Positions 9,494 to 18,933 of a DNA stretch of 64,000 bases are shown here, one piece after another. The translations under genes were made by a program, and so were the position numbers. Every line of letters starts with the position of its first letter. Position 1 is the stretch's first letter. Origin of the DNA: Promethearchaeota archaeon Loki_b32 (GTDB taxonomy: Archaea > Asgardarchaeota > Lokiarchaeia > Sigyniarchaeales > SOKP01). The stretch spans positions 6,509-70,508 of the forward strand of contig NJBH01000005.1 of NCBI GenBank assembly GCA_005223125.1. Direction: 5' to 3'. Under the pieces are notes generated by a model. That model was not told where the DNA came from, did no database searches, and saw only the letters and a program-made list of their open reading frames with translations.

Positions 9494-9659
9494 GTGTATT
9501 GATCTCTTTTATGGATTTAAAAAACTCAGAATCTTAATATTTATGAAAAAAAAGAAGGATATTAAGCTTAAAAGATTTTGTAATAACCTTGTTTTAATTT
9601 ACTTATTTTGATACTCTTATTGAAGGATAGCAATTAACTAGATTATCTATTTAATCTAT

Positions 9660-11909
9660 TCAAAACTCCAGAGGATTAATAGGTCTAAAAATAAAATCTT
9701 TAACTACACTAAAAGCATAAATTAAATCAGCTGATTTATTTGTAAAAGAATTTCTTTTATACTCACAATATTTTTCAGATGTGAGGGGATAAGGAAAAAA
9801 ACATTTTACACAACTTTCTTTTTCTTGACACAGATTACAAATTCTTTTTCCTTCTCTTTCTTTATTCAAGTTTTCGAGTTTTTGTATAATATCTGAGATT
9901 GAAATTCCAACTTTTCCTATGGAATCTGAAAACCAGCATATTCGAATCGAATCATCATTTTCTATAATAGCTGTTTCTAAAGTTTGACAATTAGCTTGAT
10001 TCTTCGTCCATCTACACAATTGTTGAAATTGTGGCAATGGATTGCTATCTAAAAGGTGATTATACATATTCTCTTTTTTAGAAATCTTAATTAGGATATT
10101 GTAAAGTGCTGTTGTGTCAATTGGGGTACGATCTATACTTATTAAATATTGCATATTATTAGCTCCTTTTTCATAATCCTCAAAAACTAAATGAGTGTCT
10201 TTTGATTTTATTGGTAATCCAAATTCTTCATTATATAATGCCATTCTTCCTGCTTTTAAAATTAATGTATCAGTTGAATTATCCCAAAAATAGGATTCAT
10301 AAAATGAAGTTGGTGAAAATTCATTATAAAGAGTTATTTCATTCTTTTCATGGAATTTAAGATATTTGAATTTATCAGAATATATATGAATAATAGCACC
10401 ATTTATCGCTTGATTTTTTTGTATCCATTTTACTATTGAAGGTTTTAAAGTATTAGAATTAATTATTATATTTTCAAAAAATGGTTTCCGTTCTGAACGT
10501 TTCGGAGTTAATGATAAAATTTTAAGAACATCATAGTCAATTACCTCATCATTTTGTATACCCGCACATTTTGGTGCTAATTTAATTTTGTATACATCAA
10601 AGGGAAAGTCATTCTTGAGAAGAATTTTATTTTTATCTCCCATAGTTTTAATATTGTAGCCAAATCTTTTATAATTTTGATAAATTGGTGTACCTCTAAA
10701 AATATGGAAAATATTATGAGTATAGAAGTCAATTTCCAATTGATTTATAAAATCAATAGTTTTTTGAGCATCTTGAATTGATTCACCTGGTAACCCAATC
10801 ATTATACTTACAAAGACCTTATTAAATCCAATTTTTTTAGCATATGATGTCATATGTTTTAGTTTTTCGATAAATTCAATTTCCTTTTCAAGTTGTTCCG
10901 AATCCATATTTTCTGGAGGGTTAACTTTTCCAATGGCTCTTAAAATTCTCGGGACAGCGCTTTCTAAAGAAAATCCAATTGAAACAAAACCAGCTTCTTT
11001 CATAAGATACAATAAGTCTTCAGTAATCTTGTCACAACGAGTTGTACATGTTAGTGGAATTTTTATATCATTCTCAATGATAGATTCACATATTTTAAAT
11101 GCCCTGGTTGGTACGATAGTAAAACTATCATCATTAATAGGAACAGGTCCCGAAAACTTTTTATTTTCATTAATATAAACTAATTCTTCTATTACTCTTT
11201 CTATTGAGTGAAAAAAAATATTTTTTTTACTTAATACAGCACAATTACAGTAAGTACAGTTTTGATTACAACCTCTAGCCGTGATTATTCCTGTAGGAAA
11301 AGCTCTTGATATAGGTATAATTTTTGAAAGGTAGGGAGATGGAAACTTATCTATATAATTTTTAATTGATTTATTTGAAAGAAGGTCATTCCTTTCTGGA
11401 TTTATGATTATTTTATTTTCTTTCCGAAAAGTAATACCTTTAATACTAAATAAATCTACCTTTTTTAACTTAAAATTTGTTTTAGATAAATTCGAGATCA
11501 ATTCAAGGAGTGTTTCTTCTCCTTCCCTTCTAACACAGATATCAACACTGCTAACACCCTCCAAGACTTCTTTTGATTGTACACTAGGAGTAGGACCCCC
11601 AAAAATTATTATGATGTCGGAATTATAAGCTTTTAATCCATTACTTATTAAAGCACATTGCATAAAATTAGTTTCATAAACAGTAAATCCAACAATATGA
11701 GGATGGAAATTTGCAATTTCCTTGACACACTCTTTCACATTACAAGATTCATCTGAAATAAATTGTTCAGCATTAAAACCTTGGCCTCTTAAATAAGTAA
11801 TAACATACGCAGAGCCTAAGTGATGTTTAAAATTAGTGAAATATAAATCACCTCCAGAAGGAAAAACCATCAAAACATCTAAGAAAATATTTTTCATACG
11901 TTTAATCAC
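9660..11909 (-). CDS. B12-binding-domain radical SAM protein with Cys-rich C-terminal extension
   Basis: 749 aa. N-terminal Rossmann-like B12-binding region (HIVGFTVYE..IIIIFGGPTPS), radical-SAM CxxxCxxC (CNQNCTYC) and a C-terminal CNLCQEKESCVKC cluster. Confidence 0.8.
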   Translation of the reverse strand: MIKRMKNIFLDVLMVFPSGGDLYFTNFKHHLGSAYVITYLRGQGFNAEQFISDESCNVKECVKEIANFHPHIVGFTVYETNFMQCALISNGLKAYNSDIIIIFGGPTPSVQSKEVLEGVSSVDICVRREGEETLLELISNLSKTNFKLKKVDLFSIKGITFRKENKIIINPERNDLLSNKSIKNYIDKFPSPYLSKIIPISRAFPTGIITARGCNQNCTYCNCAVLSKKNIFFHSIERVIEELVYINENKKFSGPVPINDDSFTIVPTRAFKICESIIENDIKIPLTCTTRCDKITEDLLYLMKEAGFVSIGFSLESAVPRILRAIGKVNPPENMDSEQLEKEIEFIEKLKHMTSYAKKIGFNKVFVSIMIGLPGESIQDAQKTIDFINQLEIDFYTHNIFHIFRGTPIYQNYKRFGYNIKTMGDKNKILLKNDFPFDVYKIKLAPKCAGIQNDEVIDYDVLKILSLTPKRSERKPFFENIIINSNTLKPSIVKWIQKNQAINGAIIHIYSDKFKYLKFHEKNEITLYNEFSPTSFYESYFWDNSTDTLILKAGRMALYNEEFGLPIKSKDTHLVFEDYEKGANNMQYLISIDRTPIDTTALYNILIKISKKENMYNHLLDSNPLPQFQQLCRWTKNQANCQTLETAIIENDDSIRICWFSDSIGKVGISISDIIQKLENLNKEREGKRICNLCQEKESCVKCFFPYPLTSEKYCEYKRNSFTNKSADLIYAFSVVKDFIFRPINPLEF

Positions 11910-12051
11910 TATTATAATACTACTTCTCAGACATACTTAACCTTATCATCAAATTTACACTTAAACTATCTTTTTAAATCTCCTATTTTAAACAATGTTC
12001 TATAAAAGTAAAATTGAAAAAAAAGAAAAATTATTAAATTTAATTGACGTT

Positions 12052-12330
12052 TTAGCCAACGGTTTCCCAAACACACATCAAACTAAATATCTTATCAATA
12101 TTTTCATTATTTATTTCATTTGCATCAACTAGATCCTGGAGTCGTCCTTGTATACAATCCCGTAAAGCTGTTCCAGTGTTACCTTCCCTTATACATTCTT
12201 GAATTCCTTCAGCAATCCTTCGTCCAATACCTGGACCATATCTTTCAATAAGACGATGTCTTAAGGTTTGATTTAAATCAATTCTCACATTATCTGGCAT
12301 TCTATACACCTCAAAATTTTTGAATTTCAC
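12052..12330 (-). CDS. Hypothetical small protein
   Basis: 92-aa ORF immediately upstream of, and co-oriented with, the radical SAM gene. No motif recognised. Confidence 0.4.
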   Translation of the reverse strand: MKFKNFEVYRMPDNVRIDLNQTLRHRLIERYGPGIGRRIAEGIQECIREGNTGTALRDCIQGRLQDLVDANEINNENIDKIFSLMCVWETVG

Positions 12331-12579
12331 AATATAATTATTTTTTTATGTAACATATCGGATTTTGTTGTTTTGTTACATTATAGTAAAATATTTTTAT
12401 ATGCTTAAAAATATTGTATTTTTGTTTGTCAGATTTCAGTAAAACTACAAAAAAAAAATAATTTCTTTAAAATTTTAGTAAACTGCATGGTTCCTAAAGT
12501 GAATCTTATTCTTCACTTTTTCTACAGGAACAGTTTCTTCTAGAAATTTAGCGTTATATTTAGCCTTCTTAATTAATTT

Positions 12580-12729
12580 TCATAAAACTTTTTTTTCTGG
12601 TTTCTCCTGTTGTGCTATCTCTAGTTCCTCAACTTGCTCCTCTTCCATGGGGAGTTCTTCTAAAATTATAAATTCTTCCAATTCAATGCCTTGTTCATGT
12701 TCTTTTTCCCTTTCTAAAAATTGTACCAT
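12580..12729 (-). CDS. Possible small acidic protein (not in ORF track, 49 aa)
   Basis: ATG at 12729. Translation is MVQFLEREKEHEQGIELEEFIILEELPMEEEQVEELEIAQQEKPEKKVL. A TGA stop is followed by 34 more in-frame sense codons. Confidence 0.2.
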   Translation of the reverse strand: MVQFLEREKEHEQGIELEEFIILEELPMEEEQVEELEIAQQEKPEKKVL

Positions 12730-12761
12730 TTCTTATCGCTCTCCCTTTTTATTATTTTTTT

Positions 12762-12962
12762 TTATAAATCCTTTAAACCAAATCCTAAATTTAATGGATG
12801 CATTGAATAATAGCTAAATGTCTGCTTCCATCTTTTCAATTCTCTTTCCTTTTCTATTGAGTCATACTCATCTTTAACAAATGGAATTTGACTGCATTCT
12901 TTTTTCGGTTGTTCTTGTTTTGAATCTTCTTCTTTATAAAATACATAAAAAAATTCTCTCAA
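12762..12962 (-). CDS. Possible small protein
   Basis: 66-aa ORF from the track, co-oriented with the neighbouring small ORFs. No motif. Confidence 0.25.
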   Translation of the reverse strand: MREFFYVFYKEEDSKQEQPKKECSQIPFVKDEYDSIEKERELKRWKQTFSYYSMHPLNLGFGLKDL

Positions 12963-13201
12963 ACCAAGTGCTATATCATTCTTACTCTCTGTCAGATTTA
13001 ATCACCTCTTTTTTCTTTATTTAAACTCCAAATAATTATTAGAATAAGATTACATTTTTAGTTTATCCTATAAAATTGTAATTAGACTCTTAGATAAAAT
13101 TTGGACTTGAAGGGAAAAAAAGACTAACCACTAAAAATATAAGATCTTGAAAATGATATTAGAAACTGGATTCTTTATTTAAAATTTTGCTTAATCAGTT
13201 C

Positions 13202-13759
13202 CTATAATTCTGCTGATAATTCTTTATATTTATGGTACAACTTATCTATTATTTCATTAAAAGCTTCAATAACTCCTTGTTCTGTTTTTGCTGAGGTTAT
13301 ATAATACCCAAGGAAATTTCGTTCATTAACTACTCCTGGAATAATTGAATTATCCAAGCTATTCTCGTCCACTAAATCCACTTTATTTGCAAATAAAACT
13401 ACAGGAATATTGCCACAAAATTGTATGATATTATCATGCCAATTTGCTATATGATTGAAACTCTCCTCACCAAGGTTATTTTCCTCCAAACTATATACAA
13501 TAATAGCACCTCTACTATTCCTAAAAAATGAGGGACGTGCAAAACTGAACTCATCCTGGCCAGCTATGTCCCAGAATAGTAGTCTAATATCATTTCCATC
13601 AATTTCTTTATCATAAACCGAGAATTGGGCTCCTATTGTCTTAATATAATCCTTTTGAAATGATCCCTTTGTAAATTTTTGAATTAGGGACGTTTTTCCT
13701 ACTCTTCCATCCCCTACAATCGTAATTTTAAAATTAAATTTTAACCTTGAGTTCTTCAT
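13202..13759 (-). CDS. Rab/Ras-like small GTPase (paralog of 18261..18815)
   Basis: G1 GDGRVGKTS, TIGAQF, G3 WDIAGQDEF, G4 NKVD, G5 TSAK. 121/185 identical to the paralog by hand alignment. Confidence 0.92.
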   Translation of the reverse strand: MKNSRLKFNFKITIVGDGRVGKTSLIQKFTKGSFQKDYIKTIGAQFSVYDKEIDGNDIRLLFWDIAGQDEFSFARPSFFRNSRGAIIVYSLEENNLGEESFNHIANWHDNIIQFCGNIPVVLFANKVDLVDENSLDNSIIPGVVNERNFLGYYITSAKTEQGVIEAFNEIIDKLYHKYKELSAEL

Positions 13760-14193
13760 TTTACTGTCCTATAGAAATAACACTGGCGAATTGTGTCTAA
13801 ATTAAGATTAGTTTTATATAAATATAAAAGTATGTTTTATTGAAAAAAATAAGAAGAATTGTCAAGATCATTAAAAATATCCAGAGAAAAAGATCGATTT
13901 CTAACAAACTCGAAAAAGATTTTATAATGAAATAGAGAGCCCGTATTGTCATTTTTTCTTAACAACCGAGCTCTCCCTTAATATTTCGCCATCTCTCCCG
14001 TTTTTACCTACGCCCTCTACACTTGAAAATATACTTTCAAAATAGAAAGTATTATAATTTTATACATCACTATTACGTATATAGTTTAGATTGATGAAGT
14101 CTAGATGGAGTCTTGGATCAACAATGGAGCATAAAGTATAAATAGATTTTCACCCATTATTCAATTAAGAGTATTGAACTAGGAGTATTAATT

Positions 14194-16116
14194 GTGGTTA
14201 CTACATGTAATTATCCCCCTGAAGAGATAATAAAACCTATTTTTGAAAGGCCTAACTACGAATTTATTATCCTATGGATTTTAAATAATAATGAAGTATG
14301 CACTTGGGCAAACTTGAAAGTAAAAATTAAACATTCAACATTATCAATCTATTTAAGCCGACTTAAAGATAAAGAATATATTGAAAAAAGTTCATTTAAT
14401 CATTATATTATCACCTCTAAAGGTAAGGACAGATATTATGAACTGTCTTTAGCGAGTAAAAAAAAGCGAAAATTAAGTTATCCTCCTAAAGCTATACGTA
14501 GAAGGAGGAATTATGATCACTGGATTCTTTGGATGGTGTATAATAATAATTATTGCAAATGGTCCGATTTTCTTGAACCACCTCTTTCAATCAATCAATC
14601 TTCTTTATCTAAAAACCTAAATTCATTACAAGATAAAGAATTTGTAAGAAAAGAAGAAAAAGAATATAGAATTACTCGATTAGGAAAAACTGAATATTCA
14701 AATATGCTAAGACTATATGATTTAGACAGACAATCAATCTTAGAGGAAGAAGGTAAACGGATTAAAGAAATTACTAAAAGAACAATTAGCTTCTTTGAAA
14801 AATACAAAATAAAAGATAATGATATTAAATTTCGATTTTTAAATAATAAGTTAAAGCTTCCATATGAAAAAGTTAAATCTACTTTAGATAATGAAGAAGA
14901 ATATGATAAAATTTTACTTTACCTCTCCATAAATCATCCTAATCATTTTCCTAAGTATATATCCCCCGAAGAATGTTCTAAAAAGTACAACATCAATTTG
15001 GTTAAACTTAATTTTATTATTCTTCGAATCGTAGAAGAAAATATCTTTCCAATAAAATTTTTTAAATTAGAATCTGCTGATGGAAAAATTTTTTATTTTC
15101 AAGTGAATGAAAAATTAGAAAGAATGCTAAATGCTATTGTTGAGGATCACATTACAAAATTTTCATATTTGAACAATTTATATGAAGAAACACCTGGGGA
15201 AACATCGCCATTAACAATGGAAAGCACAGTTACAGCAATCTTGGATGAGATTTGCGATAACCTTTTCAATAATGGTTTAAAGGAATCATTAAGTGATTTT
15301 CTTCCAGTATATATTAATTACTTAGCTTATAAAATCGAAAGGGAGAGAAAATTATTAGATACTTATGATAAATTAGAGGGATTAATTTGGCAAGAGATTC
15401 AAATAAAATTTTTTGATTTAGTTGAAGTTGAATATCCAACTGAAACAAAAGAAGCAAACAAAGCTATTCGAGAAATTGATAAAGCTATTAAATTGAATCC
15501 TGACAAGCTTGATTTATACTATTCAAAAAGCAAAATTCTAATTGATCTAGGAGAATACAAAGATGTTTTATCGATTTTAGATAAAATGCTTATAGATTTC
15601 CCTCAAGAAGAGAAAAATATCCAAATAAAAAAAGCATATGTTCAAAAAGAAATGAAAAATATTGAAAAGGGACTAGAAATTATTGCCTCATTACTTAAAA
15701 AATATCCTGACAACAATGATCTTCTTAATTATAAAGCTTGTTGGTTACAGTATCTTAATCGTAAAGAGGAATCTTTAGAAATTAGTCAAAAACTTATAGA
15801 GAATGTACCTGATAATGCTACTTATCATGATACATACGGTGAAATTTTAATGTATTTTAATGAACATGAACATGCCATTGAGGAATTTCTGAAAGCAATT
15901 GAAATAAACAGCGATGATTGGTACGTATACCAAACTTATATAAAATTAGGGATTTGTTATAAGGAACTAGAAAATTATGACTTGGCAACTGAATATCTTC
16001 AAAAAGGAATAGAATCTACAGAAGAGTCATCAGGGGATAACGAGACAAAAAATAAATGGATTGCAATTGCTAATCTATTCGTTGCAGAGATAGAGCAACT
16101 AGAAATAGAATTATGA
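14194..16116 (+). CDS. Double winged-helix (wHTH x2) + C-terminal TPR protein (paralog of 22709..24625)
   Basis: 640 aa, GTG start. Two tandem modules each begin [NS]YPP[EK] and carry wHTH-like segments (IILWILNNNEVCTWANL..; HWILWMVYNNNYCKWSDF..LSINQSSLSKNLNSLQDKEFVRK). The C-terminal part has TPRs (..DWYVYQTYIKLGICYKELENYDLATEYLQKGI). Confidence 0.75.
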   Translation: MVTTCNYPPEEIIKPIFERPNYEFIILWILNNNEVCTWANLKVKIKHSTLSIYLSRLKDKEYIEKSSFNHYIITSKGKDRYYELSLASKKKRKLSYPPKAIRRRRNYDHWILWMVYNNNYCKWSDFLEPPLSINQSSLSKNLNSLQDKEFVRKEEKEYRITRLGKTEYSNMLRLYDLDRQSILEEEGKRIKEITKRTISFFEKYKIKDNDIKFRFLNNKLKLPYEKVKSTLDNEEEYDKILLYLSINHPNHFPKYISPEECSKKYNINLVKLNFIILRIVEENIFPIKFFKLESADGKIFYFQVNEKLERMLNAIVEDHITKFSYLNNLYEETPGETSPLTMESTVTAILDEICDNLFNNGLKESLSDFLPVYINYLAYKIERERKLLDTYDKLEGLIWQEIQIKFFDLVEVEYPTETKEANKAIREIDKAIKLNPDKLDLYYSKSKILIDLGEYKDVLSILDKMLIDFPQEEKNIQIKKAYVQKEMKNIEKGLEIIASLLKKYPDNNDLLNYKACWLQYLNRKEESLEISQKLIENVPDNATYHDTYGEILMYFNEHEHAIEEFLKAIEINSDDWYVYQTYIKLGICYKELENYDLATEYLQKGIESTEESSGDNETKNKWIAIANLFVAEIEQLEIEL

Positions 16117-16138
16117 AATATAAAAAAAAGAAAAAATG

Positions 16139-17929
16139 TTAATTATCTTCAACTAATTTTTCTAATTCATCAATTTTATCGGAGAGATATTGAATTCCCT
16201 TTTCCCAGAAGGAAGGGTCATTTAAATTAATACCAATTTCAGCCAGCAATTCTTCGGGAGAAAGTGAACTCCCTAGAGATAGTAATTTTAGATACTTAGG
16301 AACGAATTCCTCTTTCTGTTCAAGATACATTTGGTAGATTGAAATCACCAAAAGGTTTGACATGTTATATGCATAAACGTAGAATGGAACATTTATAAAA
16401 TGTGGAACTACAAAAATATAATTAGCATATTCTTCTCTTAAGTTAGTCATAGAATTCCCAAACATTAATTCCATTTCTTTTATAAAAGCATCTTTAATTT
16501 CTTCTGTTGTTGGTAATTTTTCTTCCATCAATCCATGAATAGCTTTTTCAAATCTATAAAAGGCATTTTGTCTATGTGAAGTTCCAAACTTAGATTCAAT
16601 AAAATTACTAAGTAATGAAATCTTTTCATCCTTTGACAAATCAGTATTCATCAAATAATCAGAGATTAAGATTTCATTGAATACTGATGCAATTTCAGCA
16701 ACCACTAGGGAGGTTTCTATATTTACAAAGTTTTGATTTCTTTGAATATAATAGGCATGGAATGCATGACCAAGTTCATGAGCTAAAGCTCTTACTGAAT
16801 CAATGGTATCTACAAAATTAACAAAAACGAAGCCATAATGTTTTTGTTTTCCATGTGCACAAAAAGCACCTCTATTTTTTCCTTTTCTTGGAGTTGCATC
16901 GATATGATTAAATTCAACCATTTTCTCTATAATGTCTTTAAACTCAGGAGAAAATTTTTCATCAGATTCCTTTATTAATTCTAAAGCTTCTTGGTAGGAA
17001 TATTTTCTTGTTATTTGCCCAACTGGTGCGTACATATCTGACATATGTAATTCTGTAAGGTTTAGGAGCTTTTTCTTTAAATTATAATATTTTTCAACTA
17101 AATGATAACTTTCTGTAGTAACCTTTCCACATATCTCAACACTCTCATCACTTACTTCATTTTCAAGATTTCTTCTTGATATCGGTTTTTTGAAATTTCT
17201 TTTGGAGCATTCTAGATCCCAATCTCTTAGGATATTATTGTAAATATGGGTGAAAATCATCTCATTTTTCTTGTATTCTGCCATCATTGTTTGTAGCGCT
17301 TTGTAGCGAAGGTCTCTATTCTCCTGATACATATAAGCAAAAAGTTCTGCTTCAGTTAATTTCTTCATTTCGCCATCTACTTCAAAATCATAAGTGAAAT
17401 TGCTTTTGTATTCACTATAGAGTTTGATAAAGCCCTTTACACCAGTCATATCCTTCATTAAGATAATCTGTTCTTCCTTTTCTGAAAGTTGATTTAATTT
17501 TTTCTTCCTATTGAATTTAAGAGCATGAGTATAGTGTTCTAATTCCGAAGCTTTTATTAATTCTTCAAATTTATTATCAGAGATTTTGTTTAACTCCAAA
17601 TTAAAGAATAAAAGCTTTTGTTGAATTTTTACTTTAAACTCCTCAATTTTTGAAAAGAATGCTTTTACATCATCATCAAGATTATTTGTTCTTAATAATA
17701 ATTCTGCAAACGATTCAAAGTAGAATGTTTTTTCAGACACTTTTTCATACTCTTTAAACCATTCTAGAAGTTGTTTGGGTGTGAGGGAAGGATCCTCTAA
17801 CTTACCCTTAACATTTTGATAAAATTCTTCTGCTAATTTTTCTATATCCTTGATATCTGTTTCAATTAATGGATCATTGATATCTATATAGAAATCCCTT
17901 AAGTCCCATTTAATGATTTCTTGCATCAT
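16139..17929 (-). CDS. pepF: Oligoendopeptidase F (M3B metallopeptidase)
   Basis: 596 aa. Zinc motif HELGHAFH in the expected context, and length typical of the M3B family. Confidence 0.88.
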   Translation of the reverse strand: MMQEIIKWDLRDFYIDINDPLIETDIKDIEKLAEEFYQNVKGKLEDPSLTPKQLLEWFKEYEKVSEKTFYFESFAELLLRTNNLDDDVKAFFSKIEEFKVKIQQKLLFFNLELNKISDNKFEELIKASELEHYTHALKFNRKKKLNQLSEKEEQIILMKDMTGVKGFIKLYSEYKSNFTYDFEVDGEMKKLTEAELFAYMYQENRDLRYKALQTMMAEYKKNEMIFTHIYNNILRDWDLECSKRNFKKPISRRNLENEVSDESVEICGKVTTESYHLVEKYYNLKKKLLNLTELHMSDMYAPVGQITRKYSYQEALELIKESDEKFSPEFKDIIEKMVEFNHIDATPRKGKNRGAFCAHGKQKHYGFVFVNFVDTIDSVRALAHELGHAFHAYYIQRNQNFVNIETSLVVAEIASVFNEILISDYLMNTDLSKDEKISLLSNFIESKFGTSHRQNAFYRFEKAIHGLMEEKLPTTEEIKDAFIKEMELMFGNSMTNLREEYANYIFVVPHFINVPFYVYAYNMSNLLVISIYQMYLEQKEEFVPKYLKLLSLGSSLSPEELLAEIGINLNDPSFWEKGIQYLSDKIDELEKLVEDN

Positions 17930-17964
17930 AATGCAGAAAGTAAAGTACTATTATTTGAAGTTTA

Positions 17965-18180
17965 CTAGGATTTATCATTGAATTTGAAATTTTTAGTCTT
18001 CAAGCATTTTTTGTTATTAATCTTAAATACAAATTGAAGAAGTTCATTGGAAAGTAATTTTTGAGGAGAAAGATCGTCTCTTTTTTCTAATTCCAAAACG
18101 ATTTGGAAGGCTTCCTTAATTCTGCCTTCTTCCATGAGTTGTCTTGCTTGAATCAATTCTTTAATTTCAGAATGAGACAT
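17965..18180 (-). pseudogene. 5' stub of a third TPR/longin-family gene
   Basis: The first ~48 aa (MSHSEIKELIQARQLMEEGRIKEAFQIVLELEKRDDLSPQKLL) match the N-termini of 7430..9493 (MSDSILKELTYAEQIMYQAKFEDALKIVTNLEKKK) and 18934..20889 (MSHSELNQITRAEELFDAGKLDEALEIL). Similarity is then lost and the ORF stops at 71 aa. Confidence 0.55.
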
Positions 18181-18260
18181 CTAATCAGAAAACTTGTTAA
18201 ACTAGACTATTTTGGATATATTTACTATTATAAGCTAATTTAAGTTTTAAATATAATGTC

Positions 18261-18815
18261 CTATAATTCTGAAGATAATGCTTTATATTTATAATATAAT
18301 TTTTCAATAATTGCATTAAATGCTTCTATTACTCCCTGTCCACTTTTTGCGGAAGTAATATAGTATCCGAGAAAATTATATTCTTTGACATATTTTTGAA
18401 TTTCAAGTTCATTTAAATTATTTTCTTTCACCAAATCAACTTTATTGGCAAACAAAACTACAGGAATATCGCCACAATACTTTTTTAATTCATTATACCA
18501 ATTTTTTATATGTAATAAGCTGTCTTTTCCTAAATCATTTGCTTCAAGGCTACATACAATAATGCACGCTCTACTTTCTTTATAAAATAAAGGATGTAGA
18601 AAATTAAAATCATCTTGACCTGCAATATCCCAAAATATTAAATTAATTACATCCCCATTAATTTCTTTATCATATCTTGAGAATTGGGCACCTATCGTCT
18701 TAACATAATCTTTTTCAAAAGTTCCTATCGTAAATTTTTTTATTAAAGATGTTTTGCCGACCCCTCCATCTCCTATTACGGATATCTTAAATCCAAATTC
18801 CTTAGAATTAGTCAT
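18261..18815 (-). CDS. Rab/Ras-like small GTPase
   Basis: G1 GDGGVGKTS, TIGAQF, G3 WDIAGQDDF, G4 NKVD, G5 TSAK. Lies 118 nt downstream of the TPR/longin gene on the same strand. Confidence 0.92.
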   Translation of the reverse strand: MTNSKEFGFKISVIGDGGVGKTSLIKKFTIGTFEKDYVKTIGAQFSRYDKEINGDVINLIFWDIAGQDDFNFLHPLFYKESRACIIVCSLEANDLGKDSLLHIKNWYNELKKYCGDIPVVLFANKVDLVKENNLNELEIQKYVKEYNFLGYYITSAKSGQGVIEAFNAIIEKLYYKYKALSSEL

Positions 18816-18933
18816 TAAATCATTAAGTGTTTCTCAAATTATATCATATTTTTAATGTAAAATTAGATATTGTTTAATATAAAATTTTAGCTAAATGAAT
18901 TTTGGAAATAATAAAGGTTCTTTGATTTAGAAG

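Noticed and set aside
12478-12582. TGA readthrough or selenocysteine extension of the 49-aa acidic ORF by 34 codons
   Set aside because: No SECIS-like structure is evident, and the ORF itself is doubtful. It is noted only inside the radical-SAM finding.
13935-13975. GAGAGC...GCTCTC inverted repeat in a GC-richer patch of the GTPase / wHTH-TPR divergent intergenic region, considered as an ncRNA or operator
   Set aside because: It has only a 6-bp stem with a 29-nt loop, and no counterpart in the paralogous intergenic region 22516-22708. The evidence is insufficient.
14092-14140. TGATGA (C-box-like) sequence, considered as a C/D box sRNA
   Set aside because: I found no matching D box (CTGA) or terminal stem within the expected distance.
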